Sequence record: OL739525.1
Source: Escherichia phage dw-ec
Strand: one strand, 5' to 3'
Length of the DNA stretch: 64,000 nt
The translations under genes were made by a program, and so were the position numbers. Shown here piece after piece: positions 28,387 to 36,993 of this stretch (its first letter is position 1; the number at the start of each line of letters is the position of its first letter). Under the pieces are notes generated by a model. The model saw nothing but the letters and a program-made list of their open reading frames with translations, had not been told where the DNA came from and made no database searches.

Positions 28387-29361
28387 TTAAATAGCAGCTT
28401 CTTCTTTTTCAGGGAAGATAAAGCTTGCAATAACACCAAGAGCTAATGTGCCTAGAACAATCATCAGACTTACGTTAGGGGAAATATCATGCGGGAGGAA
28501 TGACCACTTGGCATGAAGTGTTTCACCGAACGGGTGGTACATAAGTTTAGCACCAACAAACACCAGAACCACAGCAACAGCTTTCTCTAAGTGAACCAGA
28601 TATTTCACAGCTACACTCAACACAAAGAAAAGTGCACGTAAACCAAGAACAGCCATCAGCATTGCAGAATAAACTAGCAGAGGTTCTTGTGTCACACCGA
28701 TCACAGCCGGAACTGAATCAAAAGAGAAGACAATATCTGTAAGCTCAATAACAAACACACAAAGAAGAGCAGGAGTTGCATATTTAATACCATTCTTAAT
28801 GGTGATGAACTTTTCACCATCCAGTGCATTGTGCACAGGCAGAACTTTACCTACTAAACGAACAGCCCAATGCTTAGAGTAATCAATATCCTCTTCTTCG
28901 TCACCACCTTTGATGATAGCCACGGCAGACCAAGCTACAATCAAACCGAACAACACTTGGACCGACCAATGAAGGTTAAACAAAGCGGTCCCTGCTGCAA
29001 CAAAAATACCTCGGAAGACAATGGCTCCTGCAATCCCCCAAAGTAGAATCTTATGTTGGAGATGTGTGCTCTTAATTCCAAAGCTTGCAAAAATCGCCAT
29101 GAACACCATCAGGTTATCTACAGAAAGACTCTTTTCCAACACATAGCCACTTAGGAAAAGCGCGGCAAACTCTTTACCATGTTCTACCCAAATGAATGCG
29201 TAATATCCTAAAGCTAAAGCAATCCAAAAAACAGACCAAAGCAAAGCAGATTTAATTCCAATTTCTTTATTCTCTTTATGACCAAAGAAATCGATACCAA
29301 TAGACAATGCCAAAATACCAACTAAAACAACTACATCAATAATTGGGAAACCGAGTTGCAT
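28387..29361 (-). CDS. terC: TerC-family integral membrane protein
   Basis: 324 aa multi-pass membrane protein; SLSVDNLMVF and ELTDIVFSFDSVPAVIGVTQEP motifs typical of TerC/Alx family. Confidence 0.8.
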   Translation of the reverse strand: MQLGFPIIDVVVLVGILALSIGIDFFGHKENKEIGIKSALLWSVFWIALALGYYAFIWVEHGKEFAALFLSGYVLEKSLSVDNLMVFMAIFASFGIKSTHLQHKILLWGIAGAIVFRGIFVAAGTALFNLHWSVQVLFGLIVAWSAVAIIKGGDEEEDIDYSKHWAVRLVGKVLPVHNALDGEKFITIKNGIKYATPALLCVFVIELTDIVFSFDSVPAVIGVTQEPLLVYSAMLMAVLGLRALFFVLSVAVKYLVHLEKAVAVVLVFVGAKLMYHPFGETLHAKWSFLPHDISPNVSLMIVLGTLALGVIASFIFPEKEEAAI

Positions 29362-29378
29362 TCTTTTCTCCTCTCTTT

Positions 29379-29437
29379 GCGGGGAACTATTCCCCGCTTC
29401 ATGTGATATATCTTACTCTTTTTAAGAACTATGTCAA
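29379..29437 (-). promoter_or_regulatory. promoter-leader cassette on minus strand (TTGACA-16-TAAGAT + GCGGGGAA-tag-TTCCCCGC stem-loop) driving terC
   Basis: Same -35/-10/hairpin/AAAGAGAGG leader architecture as the plus-strand early cassettes, here upstream of 28387..29361. Confidence 0.6.
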
Positions 29438-29440
29438 CAC

Positions 29441-29662
29441 TTATTTTGTTGAATGAGAGGAAAAGATTCCTCGTAATACCGCCAGAATAAACGAAACACA
29501 AACCACGGTCCAGAAGGTTACTGGGACAGTGATATCTGCATGACCCATAACTTCAGCAACATAGTTGTAAGCCAGCAACAGTAACCAAGCTGGAATCAAA
29601 CTAAGCATAAAAGCAATAACAAAAAAGCTTACCACTGCAACAATACCTGCAAAAACACCCAT
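29441..29662 (-). CDS. small membrane protein (2 TM helices)
   Basis: 73 aa hydrophobic ORF. Confidence 0.5.
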   Translation of the reverse strand: MGVFAGIVAVVSFFVIAFMLSLIPAWLLLLAYNYVAEVMGHADITVPVTFWTVVCVSFILAVLRGIFSSHSTK

Positions 29663-29674
29663 ACTAATCTCCTC

Positions 29675-30148
29675 TTAAAGTTTATAAATAGTCACATCGT
29701 GACCTGTTTTTACTAAAGTTTCTTCAATCATCACTTGGATGATAGCCCAATTACCTCCAGCATATCCAGCGCCAATCATAGGTAAGCCGATCTTACATTT
29801 TTGGTCACGGAGAAGCAAATCATTAGCCATAGCTATTAGTGCATCGTAAAGTGCATCATAGTCCAACTGACGACCTTTAGCATTGTATCCATAACGGTAT
29901 TGCCCGTATAGATTATATACCAAAGGGTCTGATTGTTCGTCTGGCACCCCTAAACTAAAACAACCTAGTTTACTTTGATCACCAGCCATTGTGTCTAAGT
30001 CTGCTGCATATGCGTAAGGAAATGCTTGTTTGATTTGTGGGGCAATACCTGCCCCCATATTACACATACAGTTGCAACAATGAGCAATAACAGTTACTTC
30101 ACCTGCTTTAGCGGCATCAATAAGATTACCTCTTTTCATTTTAAGCAT
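29675..30148 (-). CDS. macro domain-like protein (ADP-ribose processing)
   Basis: Internal ATG at 30148 with AAGGAG RBS; G.LIDA...VIAHCCNCMCNMGAGIA and later IGLPMIGAGYAGG resemble macro-domain Gly-rich loops. Confidence 0.5.
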   Translation of the reverse strand: MLKMKRGNLIDAAKAGEVTVIAHCCNCMCNMGAGIAPQIKQAFPYAYAADLDTMAGDQSKLGCFSLGVPDEQSDPLVYNLYGQYRYGYNAKGRQLDYDALYDALIAMANDLLLRDQKCKIGLPMIGAGYAGGNWAIIQVMIEETLVKTGHDVTIYKL

Positions 30149-30161
30149 TTTTAGCTCCTTA

Positions 30162-30989
30162 TTACAGAATGTGTTGTTTTGTGTAACGATCCAAGAATTC
30201 AAAGTTTTCAGCATACTTTGAAATTCGGTTGTAACCTTCTCCCAAACATCCAAAGAAAAGTTGCTCTACATAGTAATGTGGCAATTGGCTAAGAATGATT
30301 TTGAAGTCTTCATGATTTTGGCCCATAAGATACTTAATAGGACGAACAAGACACTGTGCATCACGTTCTTCATTAATCATTTTAACAAACGCTTCTGGTG
30401 TATTAATGTAGTTAAAATTCAGTTTAGCTTCGGTATCTGCTTGATTACCTTCGTATTTTGCAAAATACAAGAAGTAAACATCATTTTTAACTTGATTTTC
30501 ATCAAGGATCTCAATCAGTTTGTCTTCATGCGTTCCAGTGATATTTACATCATCAATGAATACAAGCTTCTTATCACCCCAGAATTCTTTGTTGCAGTAG
30601 AATGTATCCCCATCAATAAGTTTCTTACGACTAGCTTTATCCAAGAAACCATAATCGTTGATATAGCTAACTTTACGATGAATAATGTCCAGTTCTGCTG
30701 AACGACCTTGATCATATTGTGATTGCAACATATTAAAATAATTAATAAAATGATCTGTCATCATTGTTGCAGCATTATGCACATGGTTATAAGGAGAAGG
30801 AATGATAACAAATTGTTCCCCAATATGTTTCATTGCCACTTGAGCAAAAAACTGAAGTGCCAATTCTTTACCCATACGACGCGCAGCTTGGTTACTACCA
30901 AATTTCAATTTTGAATAATCTTGGATATCAAAAGTAGCAGTTTCCAGGTCATCAAATTTATTTGCAAAAATTTGAGTTTGATTACGCAT
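30162..30989 (-). CDS. phosphoribosyltransferase-like protein (type I PRTase PRPP motif)
   Basis: 275 aa; LVFIDDVNITGTH matches hhhhDDhxxTGxT PRPP-binding loop; GAGGAGA RBS. Confidence 0.55.
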   Translation of the reverse strand: MRNQTQIFANKFDDLETATFDIQDYSKLKFGSNQAARRMGKELALQFFAQVAMKHIGEQFVIIPSPYNHVHNAATMMTDHFINYFNMLQSQYDQGRSAELDIIHRKVSYINDYGFLDKASRKKLIDGDTFYCNKEFWGDKKLVFIDDVNITGTHEDKLIEILDENQVKNDVYFLYFAKYEGNQADTEAKLNFNYINTPEAFVKMINEERDAQCLVRPIKYLMGQNHEDFKIILSQLPHYYVEQLFFGCLGEGYNRISKYAENFEFLDRYTKQHIL

Positions 30990-31638
30990 TTACAATTTCT
31001 CCTCTTTTAAGTTTCTCTAGTAAGTCGTTAGGGTTCTTAATATGACAGAAGTTAAATCCTAAGTCAACACATTTTCCATCATATTCTTCACTATCACCTA
31101 CATGCAACACTTCGTGCCCTAACAGAGGGATCGGAGAATACGTGAGCGTGCGAGCAAAGAATCGCGGATCTGGTTTACAAAGTAAAGCTTCATCCGAGAA
31201 ATGGGTGAACTCAAAACAATTCCAACTATCAAACTTACAAGCACGACGCAGGATATCCCCTGATATGAAGTTGGTATTGCTCTTAATACTCAAATCATAA
31301 CGCCCCGAAAGATACAGCAAGTACATCGGCAGATCCACGGCTACGTGTGGTGGAAACTTAAGGAACCACTGTTCACACTCGAAACGAAGCTTTGCAGACT
31401 TCCAAGGCGTTATCCCAAGTTCAGAACCAAGTCTTTCCCAGGCGTATGCTGCACACTCGGCTTTGCCTTGAAGTGCTGCATTATCCAGTTCCTTTTTGAT
31501 CTTTTTATAAGCTGCTCTTGCTTCCACTTCCGTAATATCTCCATATTTTGCGATAGTCCAGGCTCGCATGTCTGCGTAATTGGAGTTTGCTGTGATCAGT
31601 GTGTTCCATACATCAAAAGAGATATGTTTAATAGTCAT
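30982..31638 (-). CDS. HAD-superfamily hydrolase
   Basis: 218 aa; motif I FDVWNTLI and motif IV-like HVGDSEEYD. Confidence 0.55.
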   Translation of the reverse strand: MTIKHISFDVWNTLITANSNYADMRAWTIAKYGDITEVEARAAYKKIKKELDNAALQGKAECAAYAWERLGSELGITPWKSAKLRFECEQWFLKFPPHVAVDLPMYLLYLSGRYDLSIKSNTNFISGDILRRACKFDSWNCFEFTHFSDEALLCKPDPRFFARTLTYSPIPLLGHEVLHVGDSEEYDGKCVDLGFNFCHIKNPNDLLEKLKRGEIVNA

Positions 31639-31639
31639 A

Positions 31640-32245
31640 TTAAGCCCACCATGCGTCTAAGTTAAGATTACTGTCCACTACCACTTGTTCTATGTGGTAG
31701 CCTTTTATCTGTATCCCACTATTCAAGAGCATATCATACGCTTCATTGAAACGCAACTTATCTTCTGCGGAATATAAGCGAGCATTATAAAATCGGTAAT
31801 CAACTTCTTCAGCATTAGAAGAAATACGGAAGAAGTTTGTTTCTACTTCGGGATCACTTGCTGAAGTCTTAATGTGAACTTCTCCGTAATTTTCTTTACT
31901 TAGATCCATGAAAAGAACACAGGCAACATGTTTAAACATTCGTTCCAGCTTGTAACGAACAACATTGAAACCTGCATTCTCAAGTTTTTCTACACACTGC
32001 AACATTAAAGTAGTGTCGAGATCGCTTTGATACTTTGTTAACATACGATCACGTTGAGACTTTGTATCCCGATGTAAATCAATTGTTGTGCATTTGGCAC
32101 CAATAATCTTAGCTGCTTTCATCAACTCTTCAGAACTAACGTTAGATAAAGTAAGATGAAAATGGGCTTTCCACACTTTTTTAGCAGGGACACCAAAAGA
32201 TTTATCCCCACTATTCGGCATGTTGACTACTACACTATGTTGCAT
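31640..32245 (-). CDS. 2H phosphoesterase-family protein (LigT/CPDase-like)
   Basis: 201 aa; two H-x-T motifs (HLTL, HIKT) ~95 residues apart. Confidence 0.45.
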   Translation of the reverse strand: MQHSVVVNMPNSGDKSFGVPAKKVWKAHFHLTLSNVSSEELMKAAKIIGAKCTTIDLHRDTKSQRDRMLTKYQSDLDTTLMLQCVEKLENAGFNVVRYKLERMFKHVACVLFMDLSKENYGEVHIKTSASDPEVETNFFRISSNAEEVDYRFYNARLYSAEDKLRFNEAYDMLLNSGIQIKGYHIEQVVVDSNLNLDAWWA

Positions 32246-32260
32246 TACTTATCTCCTCAC

Positions 32261-32452
32261 TTAAAATGGAAGTCTTTGAAGTTCATCTCCTCCGATATCA
32301 AGTAATTTAGCAACATCTCGATCAGAAAGCAACTCTTTTCTTTGTAAAATATCCACAAGGGTTGCAAGAATATCCTTAACGTCCCGATCACTGTTCTTCA
32401 AAAGTTCTCCTGCCGTCCCTACTCTATCTCCTACAGCAAAATATGTAACCAT
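32261..32452 (-). CDS. hypothetical small protein
   Basis: Internal ATG at 32452 with AGGAGG RBS. Confidence 0.45.
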   Translation of the reverse strand: MVTYFAVGDRVGTAGELLKNSDRDVKDILATLVDILQRKELLSDRDVAKLLDIGGDELQRLPF

Positions 32453-32465
32453 AAAACCTCCTAAG

Positions 32466-32936
32466 TTAATCTGATTGCCAACCACTTGCCGTTTTGGTCC
32501 ATAATCTTTGATTATCTGACCCTCTGAAAGGTTTTGTAGTTGGATTGTTTATTTCATACTTTCCGTCTACAATAATGTCAACAAGATTTTTAATATACAA
32601 AGGCACTTCCTCAAAAGTATATCCTGTATACACCATTATATCTTTGCTTGACCCATAAACGTCTCTAACCTTTTCTATAAGGTTTTTAACATTGTAAATA
32701 TTCTGCGGATCTAATGGCTCTCCTCCTAAAATTGTTAAACCTTTTACAAACGGTCTTGACAAATCTTTTAAAACTTGCTCTACATTTTCGTGAGTGAACG
32801 GTTTCCCATAAGAATAAGACCAGGCTTTTTGGTTAAAACAGCCACGACAACCGTGGCTACAACCACTAACCCAGAGGGAGCACCTAACTCCCTCACCATT
32901 AATAAGATCTACAGGTTCATATCCTGCAAAATTCAA
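32466..32936 (-). CDS. nrdG: anaerobic ribonucleotide reductase activating protein (radical SAM)
   Basis: 156 aa; CSHGCRGC radical-SAM cysteine cluster; TTG start overlapping nrdD stop. Confidence 0.85.
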   Translation of the reverse strand: MNFAGYEPVDLINGEGVRCSLWVSGCSHGCRGCFNQKAWSYSYGKPFTHENVEQVLKDLSRPFVKGLTILGGEPLDPQNIYNVKNLIEKVRDVYGSSKDIMVYTGYTFEEVPLYIKNLVDIIVDGKYEINNPTTKPFRGSDNQRLWTKTASGWQSD

Positions 32937-34747
32937 AGATGTTTCTCCCTTTGCAAAACTTCCTGCATTTTACCTTTGTTGTAAGGCCGTGAATTAGGGG
33001 CAGAAAGATACCCTGATACACGTCTAACTACAGAAATAGTTTCTTCTTCATGGTTGCCACAATCAGGACACTCAAACCCTTTAGCCGTTGCCTTAAATTC
33101 TCCATGAAAACCACACTTAAAGCATTGATCCACGGGCTGATTAATACCAAAATAGTGAATATGTTCATAAGCGTAGTCTACTAAAGTCTCCAAAGCTTCT
33201 AAGTTATTCTTTAAGTTTGGTGTTTCGACATAACTTATGTTACCACCATTGCTAATCTGTGCAAAACCTGCTTCATAATCCCATTTTTCAAAAGGATTTG
33301 TTACCAACCATACAGGTTGGTGAAAAGAGTTGGTAAGATAGTCTCTTTCTACCAAACCTGGGTATTTTTCATTTAAAGCTGTTGCAAACTTATAACACAA
33401 GGATTCTGCTGGAGTTCCATAGAGACTAAACGCCAACTTAGATCGTTCTTTAAACACAGCACACACATCTTTCATATGTTGCAGAATGCTTTTACCAAGT
33501 TCCTTTTTATCTTTTTCTTCTGGATAAAGGATTTCCAAAGCTTCGGCAAGACCTACATAACCAATACTAATAGAAGCATAACCACCTTCAAACAAAACAC
33601 CAATTTCATCATTGGCATTTAAACGCGCTAAAGCCCCTTCCATGAAAAGAATAGGGTTTTCAGATGCTTTGGTATGTCTGATACGGTTTACACGTAACAT
33701 GTGAGCATCGTAGGCTATCTCCATATGTTTATTAAGAAGATCGGTGAAAGATTCTCCTTTACTTCTCGCTTCCGCAGCGATCAGAGGTAAGTTGATAGAA
33801 ACTACTCCAAGGTTGAATCGTCCATCGTATTTTTCTCCTTGTTCGGTGGCATAGTACGACAAAAAGGAACGACAACCCATACTCGTAACAGTGCCATCTG
33901 CTGATCCCGTAACTTCTTTGTTCAAAGGAACAGAAATAAAATCTGGATAAATACGATCAGCACAACATGCCAAAGCTTGTTGCTTAAGGTCATAGTTAGG
34001 ATCACTAGGTTTCATGTTAACACCTTCTTGTAAAAAGAAAATAACTTTAGGGAATACAGGTGTTACATGATCTTTGCCTAGACCGTTACTATGAACTTTA
34101 AGATAGTTAGCTGTGATCATTCTGCCAAAAACAGAGGTATCCAGACCCATACTGATTGTAATAAAAGGAGATTGTCCATTAACACTCATTAAAGTATTAA
34201 CCTGATACAAGAGAGTTTGCATAGCATCATATACATCTTGTTCGGTCATTTCTAGTGCTTCTTTCCTTGCATAACAACCGTAGCGACGTTTGGTTATCTC
34301 CATGTTTTTAAGGAAACTAGCTTCAACATAAGGACTAAGACCTTTATCAATGTGCGCACACGTCTGACCTCCATACTGACTGGAGGCAACAGCTTGGATG
34401 ATTTGAGTTAGCACTGTGGTAGCTACCCCAATAGATTTTGGTTTTTCTATCTGTGCGGCTCCGATCTTAAAGCCATTCTCTAACATATCTTGATAATTAA
34501 CAAGACAACAGTTTGTAAGAGGAGAGAGTAGATAATCTAAGTCGTGAATATGTCCAAAACCTTCTGTATGCCATTCTGACAAGTTTTTTGGCAGTATCTG
34601 TGTCATTGCCATATGTTTGCTTAAAATCCCCGCCAAGAGATCCCTATGCGTGTTAACGAGGTGGGAAGGTTTGTTTGCATTCTCTCTAGTGTATGTTTCT
34701 GAAGTGCGATCTAAAAAAGAAAAAACATCTTGGTACAAATCTTTCAT
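32933..34747 (-). CDS. nrdD: anaerobic ribonucleoside-triphosphate reductase (class III)
   Basis: 604 aa; C-terminal zinc ribbon (CFKCG...CPDCG) and glycyl-radical motif RRVSGYL. Confidence 0.9.
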   Translation of the reverse strand: MKDLYQDVFSFLDRTSETYTRENANKPSHLVNTHRDLLAGILSKHMAMTQILPKNLSEWHTEGFGHIHDLDYLLSPLTNCCLVNYQDMLENGFKIGAAQIEKPKSIGVATTVLTQIIQAVASSQYGGQTCAHIDKGLSPYVEASFLKNMEITKRRYGCYARKEALEMTEQDVYDAMQTLLYQVNTLMSVNGQSPFITISMGLDTSVFGRMITANYLKVHSNGLGKDHVTPVFPKVIFFLQEGVNMKPSDPNYDLKQQALACCADRIYPDFISVPLNKEVTGSADGTVTSMGCRSFLSYYATEQGEKYDGRFNLGVVSINLPLIAAEARSKGESFTDLLNKHMEIAYDAHMLRVNRIRHTKASENPILFMEGALARLNANDEIGVLFEGGYASISIGYVGLAEALEILYPEEKDKKELGKSILQHMKDVCAVFKERSKLAFSLYGTPAESLCYKFATALNEKYPGLVERDYLTNSFHQPVWLVTNPFEKWDYEAGFAQISNGGNISYVETPNLKNNLEALETLVDYAYEHIHYFGINQPVDQCFKCGFHGEFKATAKGFECPDCGNHEEETISVVRRVSGYLSAPNSRPYNKGKMQEVLQREKHL

Positions 34748-34847
34748 TATTAATCCTTATTTTGTGAGTAGAACTATTATTCTACCTCTTCCAACCGAAA
34801 AAAGCTTTGAGGAAAATCAAAAAAGGCGCAAAGTGCGCCTTTAAGTT

Positions 34848-36194
34848 TTATCGTTTGGAGAGGAATTGTCTTCCCATGATCTTACCGTTCTTTACAGCGG
34901 TCCCATCGTGTCCATTATAATCCCAAGTTCCATCAATGTTACGCAAGAAGCTATCACGAACAGTGTAGGCTTTACCGTTCTCTACTTTACTTTCTTCCAC
35001 AATGATTGCCATAACAAGCTTATTTTCAATTTCGGTAGTAACCGATTCTTTAATACCCTCTGTAACTTCACGATCATATTGGATATAAACTCGCTCCTCG
35101 GTCACTTGCACGTCTACCACATTTTTAAATGTGTATGTCTGCTGTGTAGTGTAAAGGACACGAACGACACTCTTCTTACCTACTGGCGGCTTCTGACGAC
35201 GCTTGCGGTAACGTGGAGACGGGTTAAGTTGAATATAACCTACAATATCTGACCCATCTCCAGAGTGGCTCCAATAAAACGTCTCTGCCAAACCTTTTCC
35301 TTTGTCCCCATTTCGAAAAAGGATATTAACAGGACCATCACAAGGGCGTCTACCTCCGATGTGGGCTTGGTATTTTGCTGTTCTTGGGAGAACAAAATAT
35401 TCTTCAATCTGCCATTCACTGTCGTATTTCTCCCATTCGAAGTGGTTGGCTTTGCATACTTCTAAAACACCATTTTTGTAACGGACTTGAACAAAGTCCT
35501 CACAAGGTTGAATACCTGTATTAGGAATATAGGTAGGCTCTGTGTCTTCTGGTTCAAAAGTCTCTTTTTGTTGTTCTACATCTTCCACTTTTCTTACATG
35601 CTTAGTATAAAACATATCTTTAAACTCCTGTGCTTCAACCTCAACTGCAAATTCATGTTCTCTAACAGCCGGAGGCACAAGGCTTCCACACTCAAGATGT
35701 AGAGCATCCAGACCTGCCATTTTATCGTAAAAGATAACTTTTCGATACTTCTTACCGTCTTCTGGAATAGCAGGGTCTACTCGTTTAAGACGGGAAGCAT
35801 CGTTTTTAGTCCAAAAACTCTTCCCTGTTGTATTATTGAAAGTAGTAATCATTTCTCCAATTTCTTCTTCAGAAAGGTTACTAGTGTCTGTGTAAACATC
35901 TTCAATTTTTAGCATTTTAGTTTTCTTAAAAATTAAATCTAGCATTGCATCTCCTGTAAAACGTAGTTCATTATCTCCTACTGTCGGCTCTCCAGAAAAT
36001 TCATCAGTCCCGACTGTGTGACAGATGTATGGAAAATTTGTGCAACCGTGTAAAAGAGCATATTGTCCTGTAAGTTTAGGATCTGTCTCTTTAGTCCAAC
36101 CATATGCAATCTCAATAGCTTTGCAAAGCCTATCGAACAAGCCCCGATTGTTTGCCGCTGTTACCAAATCTTGCTTATGTGCATATACATTCAT
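34848..36194 (-). CDS. hypothetical protein
   Basis: 448 aa ORF with GGAGG RBS; no motif recognised. Confidence 0.6.
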   Translation of the reverse strand: MNVYAHKQDLVTAANNRGLFDRLCKAIEIAYGWTKETDPKLTGQYALLHGCTNFPYICHTVGTDEFSGEPTVGDNELRFTGDAMLDLIFKKTKMLKIEDVYTDTSNLSEEEIGEMITTFNNTTGKSFWTKNDASRLKRVDPAIPEDGKKYRKVIFYDKMAGLDALHLECGSLVPPAVREHEFAVEVEAQEFKDMFYTKHVRKVEDVEQQKETFEPEDTEPTYIPNTGIQPCEDFVQVRYKNGVLEVCKANHFEWEKYDSEWQIEEYFVLPRTAKYQAHIGGRRPCDGPVNILFRNGDKGKGLAETFYWSHSGDGSDIVGYIQLNPSPRYRKRRQKPPVGKKSVVRVLYTTQQTYTFKNVVDVQVTEERVYIQYDREVTEGIKESVTTEIENKLVMAIIVEESKVENGKAYTVRDSFLRNIDGTWDYNGHDGTAVKNGKIMGRQFLSKR

Positions 36195-36745
36195 AATAAT
36201 CCTCCCCGTTTTATTGCAATAGATGCCCTAGGCTCTGCGATACCAGTGGCGTATAAATATGGATGACCTTGTGGAGAAGTTCTCATCCCAAACGAACCTA
36301 ATTCTAACCCATACATATCTTCCACGTCAAGACCAATATCTGTCTCTATGATTTGAGTTTGAACTTTGTAATACGTCCAAAAGAAATAGCGCATAGTTTC
36401 GGCATATTCTTTGACGGACGCTCCTGGATAAAACTCAATAATTTCCAACTTTAAGAAAATGTTAAAATGAGCATCATCCAACTCTTCTTCTGTTCGGTAG
36501 CAAGGTGTTAGAGCCATATAAGGATGATCTGTTGAAAATTCAAACCCATCTTTCTCCATCTGGAGGAAAGACTGCTCTGCACTGGCTACGTAGAACTTAC
36601 CATTAGGATGCCCCAAGGGGCGATCCTCTTTACCTTCTGGTAATGTATATGCAAGGATATCCGCATCTACAAGATAAGGGACTTCCAACATCTCCGCAAA
36701 TCGCCCGTAGTAATCAATAGCTTGAGCAATAACAGCTACGTTCAT
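36191..36745 (-). CDS. hypothetical protein
   Basis: 184 aa ORF, AGGAGGAAG RBS. Confidence 0.55.
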   Translation of the reverse strand: MNVAVIAQAIDYYGRFAEMLEVPYLVDADILAYTLPEGKEDRPLGHPNGKFYVASAEQSFLQMEKDGFEFSTDHPYMALTPCYRTEEELDDAHFNIFLKLEIIEFYPGASVKEYAETMRYFFWTYYKVQTQIIETDIGLDVEDMYGLELGSFGMRTSPQGHPYLYATGIAEPRASIAIKRGGLL

Positions 36746-36993
36746 GATCTTCCTCCTGTGCGGAAAGCGCGTTTAGTAATGTTGGACATAATGATTAAGT
36801 CTTGTAAAGTCATATCTGGGAACTGTTGTTCTAAAACTCCCTCAACAGCACCTATAATATCTGATAATTCAACAAGTTGCATTATTTTGCAATCCTGTTC
36901 AACAGCATCAAAAAGTTCTTCTACTTCCTCTTTAATCTTTTCTATGCTGCCATAAGGTTGTTTCTTAATGTCTGTTATGTGATACCCTGCCAT
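36742..36993 (-). CDS. hypothetical protein
   Basis: 83 aa ORF. Confidence 0.5.
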   Translation of the reverse strand: MAGYHITDIKKQPYGSIEKIKEEVEELFDAVEQDCKIMQLVELSDIIGAVEGVLEQQFPDMTLQDLIIMSNITKRAFRTGGRS

